Assembly: GCF_000017305.1 (NCBI RefSeq)
Contig: NC_009664.2
Location: 30,001-62,000, forward strand
Direction of reading: 5' to 3'
Length of the DNA stretch: 32,000 nucleotides
From: Kineococcus radiotolerans SRS30216 = ATCC BAA-149
GTDB taxonomy: Bacteria; Actinomycetota; Actinomycetes; Actinomycetales; Kineococcaceae
Below, in pieces: positions 23,029 through 31,401 of this stretch. A program made the position numbers and the translations under genes. Numbering within the stretch: position 1 is the stretch's first letter; each line of letters begins with the position of its first letter. Below the pieces are notes generated by a model. It was given only the letters and a program-made list of their open reading frames with translations. It searched no databases and was not told the DNA's origin.

Positions 23029-23928
23029 CGTGGACCCACCGCTTCTGGAGCCGGAACTGGACGAGGGTGGCCAGGGCCACCAGGAGGAGGATGACCATGG
23101 CGGTCGCGGCCGCGAGACCCTTCTCGTTGTCGACGAAGCCGGCGCGGTAGAAGTAGTAGACCAACGACATGCTGCGCGGCAGCGCAGGGTTCGTCGTACC
23201 CAGGATGGCGTAGAGCAGGTCGAAGAGCTGGAACCCGGCGATGACGGTGACGACGGCGAGGAAGGAGATGCTGGGGGTCAGCAGCGGGACCGTGACCGAG
23301 CGGAACTGCCGCCACCGCCCCGCCCCGTCCAGTTCCGCCGCCTCGTACAGCTCCGGGGGACGTTCTTCAGTCCCGCCGACAGGACGATGAGGGAGAAACC
23401 CAGCGAGGACCACAGCCCGACGACGGCGACGGCGACGATCGCCGCACCCGGGGTGCTGATCCAGTACGGCCCGTCGATGCCGACGAGACCGAGGACGTAG
23501 TTGAGGATGCCGAAGTCGCCGTTGAAGATGATGCGCCAGACCATGGCCACCGCGGTCGGCATGGCGACGTAGGGCAGGAAGTACATCACCCGGTAGAACG
23601 AGGCGAACCGCAGGCCGGGGAGGTTGAGCAGGCTCGCCAGGTAGACCGCGATCGGGATGTTCAGCAGGACGATCGCGGTGTAGAGCAGAGTGTTCCCCAG
23701 TGACCGGTACAGCGTCGGATCGGTCAGCAGTTCACGGTAGTTGTCGATCCCAGAGAACGTCGCGCCGCCGAAGACACCGAACGTGGTCAGGGAGTACCAC
23801 GCCGTCTGGGCGATGGGCCACAGGTAGAACACCGCGATGCCCAGCGTCAGGGGGGCGACGAAGAGCCACGGCCACCACCCGTCCCGTCGGATCCGCCGGG
23901 ACGGGTGGGAGCGTAGCGCCTCACTCAT
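23021..23928 (-). pseudogene. Carbohydrate ABC transporter permease (MalF type), frameshifted in a homopolymer
   Basis: ORF 23278..23928 ends ...LSAGLKNVP(RS...) and ORF 23021..23413 carries ...PELYEAAELDGAGRWRQFRSVTVPLL. One extra G in the G5 run at 23355-23359 would restore LKNVPPELYEAAELDG. Confidence 0.75.
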
Positions 23929-25228
23929 CGGCGAGGACCTCGTCCATCTCCGCGGCCAGTTCGGTCGCCACCTCGCCGACCGGACGCGTTCCGGAGAACG
24001 CGTCCGGCAGGAGCTCGGTCTCGAGCGCGTTCCACGCCGAGGTGTTGGCGCTGACCGGCAGCGGCTTGGAGTAGTCCACCGCGTCGAGGAACAGCTGCAG
24101 GTCGGCCCCGGGCATGGAAGCGGCGAAGGCGTCCTGGGTGCCGGTGAAGGCGGGGATCACGGCACCGGCGGCGCCCAGCTGACGTTGTGCCTCCTCGCCG
24201 GCGAGGTACACCTGCAGGGCCTGGGCGGCTTGCCGGTTCTTCGAGGAGGCGGCGACGACGTTGGCGACCCCGTGGATGACGGTGACCTGCTGAGCGCCCT
24301 TCGGCAGGGGCAGGACCTGCACACCGGTCGCGAGGTCGGTGTCGGTGAGCGCGGAGCGGAACCAGCTGCCCCCCCAGTACATCGCGAGCTTCCCGGAGGT
24401 GAACCACTGGTCCGCGGTGGTGTCGGTGAGCTGCTGGATGCTGGGGGAACCGCCGCGGGCGATGAGGTCGGCCCAGAACGTCAGACCCTCCTGGCTCTCA
24501 GTGCTCGCGTAACCGGACTTCCCCTCGTCGACGACCTCCCCGCCGGCCTCGAAGATGGTGTTGTAGTACGTCGTCTGCCCGTCCATGCCGCCGGCTGCGC
24601 CGAAGATGCCCTCTGCGGCCAGTGCCTGGGAGATGCGGACAGCGGTGTCCTGGAACTCGGCCCAGGTCCACTCAGCGGTCGGGAGCTCGACACCGGCGCG
24701 CTGGAAGAGCGAGGTGTTGCACCAGACGCCGATGGTGTCGAAGTCCTTGGGCACCCCGTAGCGGACGCCGTCGAAGGTGTAGAGGTCGACGAGGGCCTCC
24801 GGGTAGTTCGCGGGGTCGATGTCGCCCGCGTCGACGGCACCGGTGATGGGGGCGATCTGCTCGTTGGTGGCGTAGAGCTGGAAGTTCGGGCCGTTCATCC
24901 AGAACACGTCCGGCAGGGTGCCGCTGCTGGCCTGGGTCTGCAGCTTCGTCCAGTACTCCGAGTACGGGGTGACGTTGAGGGCCACCTCGACGTTCGGGTA
25001 CTTCTCGTTGAAGGCGTCGATGTTCGCCTGCAGGCCCGCGACCTGGTTCTTGTCCCACAGCCCGTAGGTGATCTTCGCGCTCAGGTCGGTCGCGGGAGCC
25101 GAGTACTCGGCGCTGCCCGGGGCTTCGTCGCCGCCGCCGCAGGCGGCTGCCGTGAACAGGGCACCGAGACCGGTCGCCGCGCCGGCCAGCGTGGTGCGTC
25201 GGGTGGGGCTGAGGGTGGGGGTGCTCAT
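23921..25228 (-). CDS. Carbohydrate ABC transporter substrate-binding lipoprotein
   Basis: MSTPTLSPTRRTTLAGAATGLGALFTAAAC (twin-Arg-like signal plus lipobox). Family 1 SBP features. ATG at 25228; the track ORF extends to 25615 as a shadow. Confidence 0.9.
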   Translation of the reverse strand: MSTPTLSPTRRTTLAGAATGLGALFTAAACGGGDEAPGSAEYSAPATDLSAKITYGLWDKNQVAGLQANIDAFNEKYPNVEVALNVTPYSEYWTKLQTQASSGTLPDVFWMNGPNFQLYATNEQIAPITGAVDAGDIDPANYPEALVDLYTFDGVRYGVPKDFDTIGVWCNTSLFQRAGVELPTAEWTWAEFQDTAVRISQALAAEGIFGAAGGMDGQTTYYNTIFEAGGEVVDEGKSGYASTESQEGLTFWADLIARGGSPSIQQLTDTTADQWFTSGKLAMYWGGSWFRSALTDTDLATGVQVLPLPKGAQQVTVIHGVANVVAASSKNRQAAQALQVYLAGEEAQRQLGAAGAVIPAFTGTQDAFAASMPGADLQLFLDAVDYSKPLPVSANTSAWNALETELLPDAFSGTRPVGEVATELAAEMDEVLADE

Positions 25229-26415
25229 CGGGGAACCCTTTCGGTGGTGGGCCTGGAGAAGTGCTGGACGACGTGGGGAGGCAGGTCGGGAACGGTGTGC
25301 GGCACGGATCCCGATCGCAGCGAGTCCGCGGCCAGGGCGCCGGCCGCCACCGCCTCGCGGGCCGCGACCGGGGAGACGAGGGTCGGCGCGCCCTCGGCCA
25401 CGTGGGCGAGGAACTCGGTCATGGTGGCGACGTCGGCGTCCTCGTGCCCGCTCACGACGCCGTCGACGGGGTACTCGTGGTCGCCCGCGGCGGCGTACTC
25501 GTGGCGACGGTTCCACACCTTCACGACGCCGCCGGCGGTGTCGCCGAAGTTCTCCAGCCGTCCCTCGGTGCCGATGACGGTGTAGTTGCGCCAGTAGTCG
25601 GGAGTGAAGTGGCACTGCTGGTAGCTGGCCTGCACTCCGTTGTCGAGGGTCATCATCAGCATCGACACGTCCTCGACGTCGACGACGGGGTTCAACCCCG
25701 TCTGAGCGGCCGGAGGCCAGTTGTCCATGGAGAACCAGTCCGGCATGCTCTCACCGCTGCGGTCGCGGCGGTCGCTGACGGAACCGTAGACCATGAGGTC
25801 GCCCATCCCGACGACGCGGCGCGCGTAGCCGCCGGCGAGGTGGTGGATGACGTCGATGTCGTGGCTGGCCTTCTGCAGCAGCAGGGAGCCTGTCCGGCGG
25901 CGGTCGGCGTGCCAGTCTTTGAAGTAGTAGTCCCCCCCGTGCCCGACGAAGTGGCGGACCCAGATCGCCTTGACCGCGCCGATCTCCCCGCGCTCGATGA
26001 TCCCGCGCATGGTCCGGACGACGGCGGCGTGGCGGAAGTTGTGCCCGACGTACAGGGGGGTGCCGGTCTCGGCCGCGGTGAGCAGGACGCGGTCGGCATC
26101 GGGCAGGGTCGTGGCCAGGGGCTTCTCGAGGTAGACCGCGATCCCGGCGCGCAGGAGGTCCACGGCGATGTCGGCGTGGGTGTGGTCCGGGGTGGTGACG
26201 ATCGCGGCATCCACCCCACCGGCGGCGATCAGCGCGCGGTGACCGGGGTGGACCGCGGCGCCGGGGAAGACCTCGGCGGCGCGCGCCCGTCCCTCGGGAG
26301 CGGTGTCGGCGACCGCGCTGATGCGGGCACCGGGTCGCGCGGCCGGGACGTGCAGCCCGATGACCGAGCGGGCCCCGGTCCCGATCACCGCCACCCGAAG
26401 ATCCGAAGTGATCAT
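25225..26415 (-). CDS. Gfo/Idh/MocA family oxidoreductase
   Basis: Rossmann motif RVAVIGTGARS and an EKP motif (VYLEKPLA). ATGA overlap with the SBP gene. Start is ATG 26415 (TTG 26418 in the track). Confidence 0.9.
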   Translation of the reverse strand: MITSDLRVAVIGTGARSVIGLHVPAARPGARISAVADTAPEGRARAAEVFPGAAVHPGHRALIAAGGVDAAIVTTPDHTHADIAVDLLRAGIAVYLEKPLATTLPDADRVLLTAAETGTPLYVGHNFRHAAVVRTMRGIIERGEIGAVKAIWVRHFVGHGGDYYFKDWHADRRRTGSLLLQKASHDIDVIHHLAGGYARRVVGMGDLMVYGSVSDRRDRSGESMPDWFSMDNWPPAAQTGLNPVVDVEDVSMLMMTLDNGVQASYQQCHFTPDYWRNYTVIGTEGRLENFGDTAGGVVKVWNRRHEYAAAGDHEYPVDGVVSGHEDADVATMTEFLAHVAEGAPTLVSPVAAREAVAAGALAADSLRSGSVPHTVPDLPPHVVQHFSRPTTERVPR

Positions 26416-26420
26416 CAACC

Positions 26421-26432
26421 CTCACCGGTGAG
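26421..26432. promoter_or_regulatory. Perfect 12-bp palindrome CTCACCGGTGAG over the RBS region of the oxidoreductase gene
   Basis: Read directly, 6 nt upstream of ATG 26415. Tandem heptads ACTTGTC/ACTTGTG follow at 26436-26449. Confidence 0.4.
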
Positions 26433-26567
26433 CGAACTTGTCACTTGTGGGCACCAAAAAAGCATGAAGCGACAGTAACCGTCTCGTCTGCGTTCGCCTA
26501 GGGGTTGCCGCGGATGAAACAAGCTCGCAACAACGGGTGCCGCCACGGCCGGTCACCCGAGGTCGGG

Positions 26568-27353
26568 TCAGGCGATGACGACGTCGACACCGGCAGCGGC
26601 GAGGTCCGCGGCGAGCTCCGGGGCGGGGGCGACGTCGGTCACCAGGACGTCGATGCGCTCCAGGGGGCAGATCCGGGCGAAGGTCGTGCGTCCCAGCTTC
26701 GTCGCGTCGGTGGCCACGACGACCCGACCGGCGACCGCGGCGATCTGCCGGCTCGCCTCGGCTTCCCCCTCGTGCACCGTCGTCGCCCCGAAGCGGGCGG
26801 TGAGACCGTCGACCCCGAGGACGGCGAGGTCGAGGCTGAAGTCGCGCAAGGACGACCCCACGAGAGGACCGACGAGTTCGTAGGACTGGCTGCGCGGCAC
26901 TCCGCCGGTCACGACGATCTTCACGTGCTCGCGCACCGACAGCTCGTAGGCGATGTTCAGCGCGTTCGTCACGATGGTGACACCCGCTGCAGCGCCCGTG
27001 GATCCGAGCCGTTCGCTGGATCCCAGCGTCCGGGCGACCTCCGTCGTCGTCGTGCCGCCGTTGAGGCCCACCGAGTCGCCGGGCGCCACGAGGTCGGCCA
27101 CGGCGCGGGCGATGGCCTGCTTGGCGTCGGCCTGGCGGACGATCTTGTACTGCAGCGGGAGTTCGTAGCCCGTGCCGAGCACCGCCGCGCCACCGTGGGT
27201 GCGCGTCACCAGGCGCTGCTCGGCGAGCAGGTTCAGGTCCCGGCGCGCGGTGGCGGTGGAGACGCCCAGGGCCTGGGAGACCTCGGCGATGGCGACGTTG
27301 CCGCGCTCGATGACGAGCTCGAGCACCTGGTTGAGGCGTTGCTGGGCGGTCAC
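26568..27353 (-). CDS. DeoR/GlpR family transcriptional regulator
   Basis: HTH IAEVSQALGVSTATARRDLNLL plus a DeoR C-terminal sensor domain. GTG 27353 is preceded by AAGGAGG. Confidence 0.9.
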   Translation of the reverse strand: MTAQQRLNQVLELVIERGNVAIAEVSQALGVSTATARRDLNLLAEQRLVTRTHGGAAVLGTGYELPLQYKIVRQADAKQAIARAVADLVAPGDSVGLNGGTTTTEVARTLGSSERLGSTGAAAGVTIVTNALNIAYELSVREHVKIVVTGGVPRSQSYELVGPLVGSSLRDFSLDLAVLGVDGLTARFGATTVHEGEAEASRQIAAVAGRVVVATDATKLGRTTFARICPLERIDVLVTDVAPAPELAADLAAAGVDVVIA

Positions 27354-27395
27354 GTCCGAGCCTCCTTCGCTGGGGAGGCCAGCATCGCACGCCGG

Positions 27396-27418
27396 GGATT
27401 GACGTCGTTGCTCAATCC
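27396..27418. promoter_or_regulatory. Inverted repeat GGATTGA-n9-TCAATCC (candidate DeoR operator)
   Basis: Read directly. It lies in the DeoR / amino-sugar operon divergent intergenic region and overlaps a TTGACG -35-like hexamer. Confidence 0.45.
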
Positions 27419-27503
27419 TGCTCAGATTGCGGGTGTATCACTCAAGACCGGTCAGGCACTCGCGCACTCAGCGCGGTAGCGGGCCGCCAGCGGGAAGAGA
27501 CCG

Positions 27504-28397
27504 ATGCCCTCCACGTTCGTCGACGCCGAGATCGCCTCCCAGCCGGACGTCTGGCGGCACGCCGCCGCCCTCGCCGCCACCGTCGCCGACGCCCTCCCCC
27601 GCCCGGGGGAACGCGTCGCCGTCGTCGGCTGCGGCACCAGCTGGTTCATCGCCATGAGCTACGCCGTCCTGCGCGAGCAGGCCGGTCAGGGCCTCACCGA
27701 CGCCTTCGCCGGTTCGGAGTTCCCCACCGGCCGCGACTACGACCGCGTCGTCGCCATCTCCCGCTCCGGCACCACCACCGAGGTCGTCGACCTGCTCGCC
27801 GCTGTCGAGGGGCCCACGACGCTGGTGACCGCGGTCGCCGACAGCCCCGCGGCCCACGTCGCCGCTGCCGTCGTCGGCCTGCCCTTCGCCGAGGAGGAGT
27901 CGGTCGTCCAGACCCGCTTCGCCACCACCGCCCTGACGCTGCTGCGCGCCGGACTCGCCCTCACCGACCCCGCCCTGCTCGACGTCGACGCGCTGGTCGC
28001 CGACGGCAGAGCCGCGCTGGACGTCGACCTCGACGACCTGCTCTCCGCTGAGCAGTGCACCTTCCTCGGCCGCGGCTGGACCGTGGGCCTGGCCCACGAG
28101 GCGGCGCTGAAGACCCGCGAGGCCGCGCAGTTCTGGGCCGAGGCCTACCCCGCGATGGACTACCGCCACGGCCCCATCGCCATCGCCGAACCGGGCCGCC
28201 TGGTGTGGTCCTTCGGGGTCGCGCCCGCCGGTCTCGACGACGACGTCGCCGCCACCGGCGCCCGCTCCGTGCAGCACGACCTCGACCCGCAAGCCGCCCT
28301 CGTCGTCGCCCAGCGCTTCGCCGTGGCGATGGCCACCCGTCGCGGGCTCGACCCCGACCGTCCCCGTTCGCTGACCCGCTCGGTCATCCTCGCGTGA
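27504..28397 (+). CDS. SIS domain sugar-phosphate isomerase/deaminase (AgaS-like)
   Basis: VGCGTSW and ISRSGTTTE SIS motifs. Two SIS-like halves. Confidence 0.85.
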   Translation: MPSTFVDAEIASQPDVWRHAAALAATVADALPRPGERVAVVGCGTSWFIAMSYAVLREQAGQGLTDAFAGSEFPTGRDYDRVVAISRSGTTTEVVDLLAAVEGPTTLVTAVADSPAAHVAAAVVGLPFAEEESVVQTRFATTALTLLRAGLALTDPALLDVDALVADGRAALDVDLDDLLSAEQCTFLGRGWTVGLAHEAALKTREAAQFWAEAYPAMDYRHGPIAIAEPGRLVWSFGVAPAGLDDDVAATGARSVQHDLDPQAALVVAQRFAVAMATRRGLDPDRPRSLTRSVILA

Positions 28398-29290
28398 GTT
28401 CCGCGGTCCTCTCCCACGGAGCGGGTCTCGGGATCGACGTCGGCGGCACGACCATCAAGGGTCTGCGCCTGGCCGACGACGGCGCGGTCCTGCAGGAGCA
28501 CCGCACCCCCACCCCCGTGCCCGACCCGACCGGAACCGGCGTGGTCGCTGCGGTCGCCGACGTCGCCGCCCGCCTGGGCCACCGGGCGGGGCAACCGCTG
28601 GGGGTCGCCCTGCCCGGCATCGTCGACGAGGCGAGCGGCACGGCGGTCCACGCGGTCAACCTTGCCTGGCACGACCTCCCGATGGGCCCGCTGCTGCGCG
28701 GAGCGCTCGGCCCCGCCGTGGTGCTGAGCCACGACGTGCGCGCCGGCGCCGTGGCCGAAGCCAGGACCGGTGCGGCGCGCGACGCCGCGGGGGTCGTGGC
28801 GTTCGTCGCCGTCGGCACCGGCATCTCCGCCGCCGTCCTCATCGACGGCGCTCCCCTCCTCGCCGGCGGCTGGGCCGGGGAGATCGGCCAGCTCGTCCTC
28901 GCCGACGGCCCCTTCCAGGGGCTGCGCGTCGAGGAAGTCGCCTCCGCCACCGCCACCGCCCGGCGAGCCGGGCGCACCGGAGCCCGGGAGACGGCCGCCG
29001 CCGCGGCCGCCGGTGACGCTGCCGCGCAGCAGGTGTGGCGGGAGAGCGTCGACGTGCTCGCCCAGGCCCTCGCCGGCCTCGTGGCCACCGTGGCGCCGAG
29101 CGCCCTCGTGCTCGGCGGTGGGCTGGCCCTCTCCGGCGACCTGCTGCTGGTCCCGCTGCGCCGGGCCCTGGCGGCTCGACTCCCCGGTCTGCGCCAACCG
29201 CGCCTCGTCCCCGCCCTGCACGGCGACACCGCGGCCGCCCGGGGAGCTGCGATGCTCGCCGCGGACCGCGTCGGGACCGGCGTCTCGTGA
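28394..29290 (+). CDS. ROK-family-like sugar kinase (lacks the Cys-rich zinc motif)
   Basis: GTGA overlap. ATP-binding motif GIDVGGTTIKG and VGTGISAAVLIDG...GWAGEIGQ. The CxCGxxGC motif is not seen. Confidence 0.75.
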   Translation: MSSAVLSHGAGLGIDVGGTTIKGLRLADDGAVLQEHRTPTPVPDPTGTGVVAAVADVAARLGHRAGQPLGVALPGIVDEASGTAVHAVNLAWHDLPMGPLLRGALGPAVVLSHDVRAGAVAEARTGAARDAAGVVAFVAVGTGISAAVLIDGAPLLAGGWAGEIGQLVLADGPFQGLRVEEVASATATARRAGRTGARETAAAAAAGDAAAQQVWRESVDVLAQALAGLVATVAPSALVLGGGLALSGDLLLVPLRRALAARLPGLRQPRLVPALHGDTAAARGAAMLAADRVGTGVS

Positions 29291-30414
29291 GCTGCCTGGT
29301 CGCAGCGCGCCGCCTGGTCTGCGGTGACGGCTCCGACGGGCCGGGGTGGCTGCACCTCGACGGCGCGCACGTCGTCGAGCGCGGCAGCGGGAGAGCCCCC
29401 CGCCCCGCGGACCTCGTCCTCGACACGGTGGTCCCCGGCTGCTTCGACCCTCACGTGCACGGAGCGGTCGGAGTGGACTTCGCGACGCCGGGCACCGACC
29501 CCGGGCCGGCCCTGCAGCACCACCACCGCGCGGGCAGCACCACCCTGCTCGCCTCCCTCGCCACAGCCCCGTGGGAGCAGACCCTGGCCCGCCTGGCCGA
29601 ACTCGCACCGGTGGTCGCCGCGGGCGACTTGGCGGGCATCCACCTGGAAGGACCCTGGCTGGCGCCCACGCACCGCGGAGCCCACCACCCCGCGCTGCTG
29701 CGCCACCCGCGACGCCGTGATGCGGAGGCGCTGCTCACCGCCGGTTCCGGGAGCGTGCGGATGGTGACGCTGGCCCCGGAACTGCCTGGGGCCTCCGACG
29801 TGGTCACCCACCTCGTCGAGGCCGGTGTCGTCGTGGCGATCGGTCACACCGGCGCCGACACCGACACCGTGCGGCGGTGCGTGGACGCCGGCGCCCGAGT
29901 CGCCACCCACCTCTTCAACGGCATGCCGCCGCTGCACCACCGCCGTCCGGGACCCGTGGGGATCGCCCTCAGCGACCCGCGCCTCAGCGTGGAGCTCATC
30001 GCCGACGGCCACCACCTGCACGACACCGTCCTCGACCTCGCGCTGAGCAGCGCCCGCGGTCGAGCCTGCCTCGTCTCCGACGCCATGGCCGCCACCGGTC
30101 TCGGCGACGGCGACCACGTGCTCGCCGGCTCCGCCGTCCGGGTCCGCGACGGCGTGGCCGAACTGGCCGACGGCTCCTCGCTGGCCGGGAGCACCACACC
30201 GCTGGCTCTCGCCGCGCTCCGCCTGCTGCGCCGGGGAACTCCCGTGCCCGACGTCGTGAACCTCACCAGCACGGTCGCGGCGCGCACGCTCGGGTTGCCC
30301 GTCCCCCACCTGCAGGCCGGAGAACCCGCCGACCTCGTGGAGTTCCACCTCACCGGGGGCGCCGAGGAGGCGACGCTGGGTCGCGTGGCGCGGAGGGGCT
30401 CATGGCTCGGGTGA
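29287..30414 (+). CDS. nagA: N-acetyl-hexosamine-6-phosphate deacetylase (NagA/AgaA family amidohydrolase)
   Basis: GTGA overlap. Motifs DPHVHG, HLEGPW, GHT, HLFNGM and SDAMAA. Confidence 0.85.
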   Translation: MSCLVAARRLVCGDGSDGPGWLHLDGAHVVERGSGRAPRPADLVLDTVVPGCFDPHVHGAVGVDFATPGTDPGPALQHHHRAGSTTLLASLATAPWEQTLARLAELAPVVAAGDLAGIHLEGPWLAPTHRGAHHPALLRHPRRRDAEALLTAGSGSVRMVTLAPELPGASDVVTHLVEAGVVVAIGHTGADTDTVRRCVDAGARVATHLFNGMPPLHHRRPGPVGIALSDPRLSVELIADGHHLHDTVLDLALSSARGRACLVSDAMAATGLGDGDHVLAGSAVRVRDGVAELADGSSLAGSTTPLALAALRLLRRGTPVPDVVNLTSTVAARTLGLPVPHLQAGEPADLVEFHLTGGAEEATLGRVARRGSWLG

Positions 30415-31385
30415 CGGTGGTGACGCCCAACCCCGCCGTCGACATCACCTACCGGGTGCCGCGGCAGCGGATCGGGGAGACGGTGCGCGTCCAGGACGTC
30501 CTGCGCCGGGCGGGGGGCAAGGGCCTCAACGTCGCCCGGGTCCTGCGCACGCTCGGGGTCGACGTCGTCGCCGTGCACCCCCTGGGTGGGGCTGCAGGGC
30601 AGTGGATCACCCGGGAACTGGCTGCGGAGGGCATCCCCGCCCACGCCGTCGAGCTCGCCGACGAGACCCGCAGCACCGTCACCGTCGTCGACGACGTCGA
30701 GCACCCCACCGTGCTCGCCGAAGCGGGACCGCACGTCCCGCCCCGGGCGTGGGCGCAGCTGAACGAGCGGGTGGCGCAGAGCTGCGAGGACGGCGACGTC
30801 CTCGTCGTCTCGGGATCGCTGCCTCCCCGCACCACCCCCGCATACGTCACCGACCTCATCGGCGCCGGCCGACGTGCGGGGGCCCGCGTCATCGTCGACG
30901 TCAGCGGCGCGGGCCTGCTGGCCGCTGCCGCCGCAGGGGCAGACCTGCTCAAGCCCAACGCCGAGGAGGCGCTCGCGGCCACGGGTGCCGCCGACCTCCC
31001 CGCCGCCGTCGCGCAGCTGCTGCGAGCCGGTGCCCGCGGCGTCGTCGTCTCCCGCGGCAGCGCCGGTCTGATCGCCGTGGGCCCCGACGGGCAGCAGGTC
31101 TACCAGGACGCCGTGCCCGGAGTCTCGGGGAACCCCACCGGAGCGGGAGACGCCGCCACCGCCGGGATCGCTGCGGCCTGGGCCCGCGGAGCACCGCTGC
31201 CCGTCGCGCTGCGCTGGGCGAGCCTGCTCGGCGCGGCCGCGGTACTGCGCCCCTCGGCGGGCGAGGTCGACCCGGACGACCTCACCGTCCTCGCCGCGCG
31301 CCTCCCCGACCTCCCCGCCGCGCTGCGTTCCTCCTCCCTCCTCCCCGCCACGACGTCCACCCCGCCCGGCACCCGTGCCGGCTGA
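30402..31385 (+). CDS. pfkB: PfkB family carbohydrate kinase (1-phosphofructokinase / tagatose-6-phosphate kinase type)
   Basis: GGKGLNVA and NPTGAGDA motifs. 13-nt overlap with nagA. Confidence 0.85.
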   Translation: MARVTVVTPNPAVDITYRVPRQRIGETVRVQDVLRRAGGKGLNVARVLRTLGVDVVAVHPLGGAAGQWITRELAAEGIPAHAVELADETRSTVTVVDDVEHPTVLAEAGPHVPPRAWAQLNERVAQSCEDGDVLVVSGSLPPRTTPAYVTDLIGAGRRAGARVIVDVSGAGLLAAAAAGADLLKPNAEEALAATGAADLPAAVAQLLRAGARGVVVSRGSAGLIAVGPDGQQVYQDAVPGVSGNPTGAGDAATAGIAAAWARGAPLPVALRWASLLGAAAVLRPSAGEVDPDDLTVLAARLPDLPAALRSSSLLPATTSTPPGTRAG

Positions 31386-31401
31386 GAACGGAGCCCCCCC
31401 C

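Noticed and set aside
23837-25585. 582-aa plus-strand ORF
   Set aside because: It is antisense to the sugar SBP gene and part of the oxidoreductase gene. It has no motifs and is Gly/Val/Arg-rich.
28379-28397. GGTCATCCTCGCG at the end of the SIS gene, and similar GGTCATCC/GGATGACC strings at 31539-31549, 23087-23100 and 5410-5420, as possible extra copies of the left-hand repeat
   Set aside because: They lie inside well-supported coding frames (SVILA stop, VPVILQ, and others) and match only 8-12 nt without the flanks. They are best explained by chance or codon usage.
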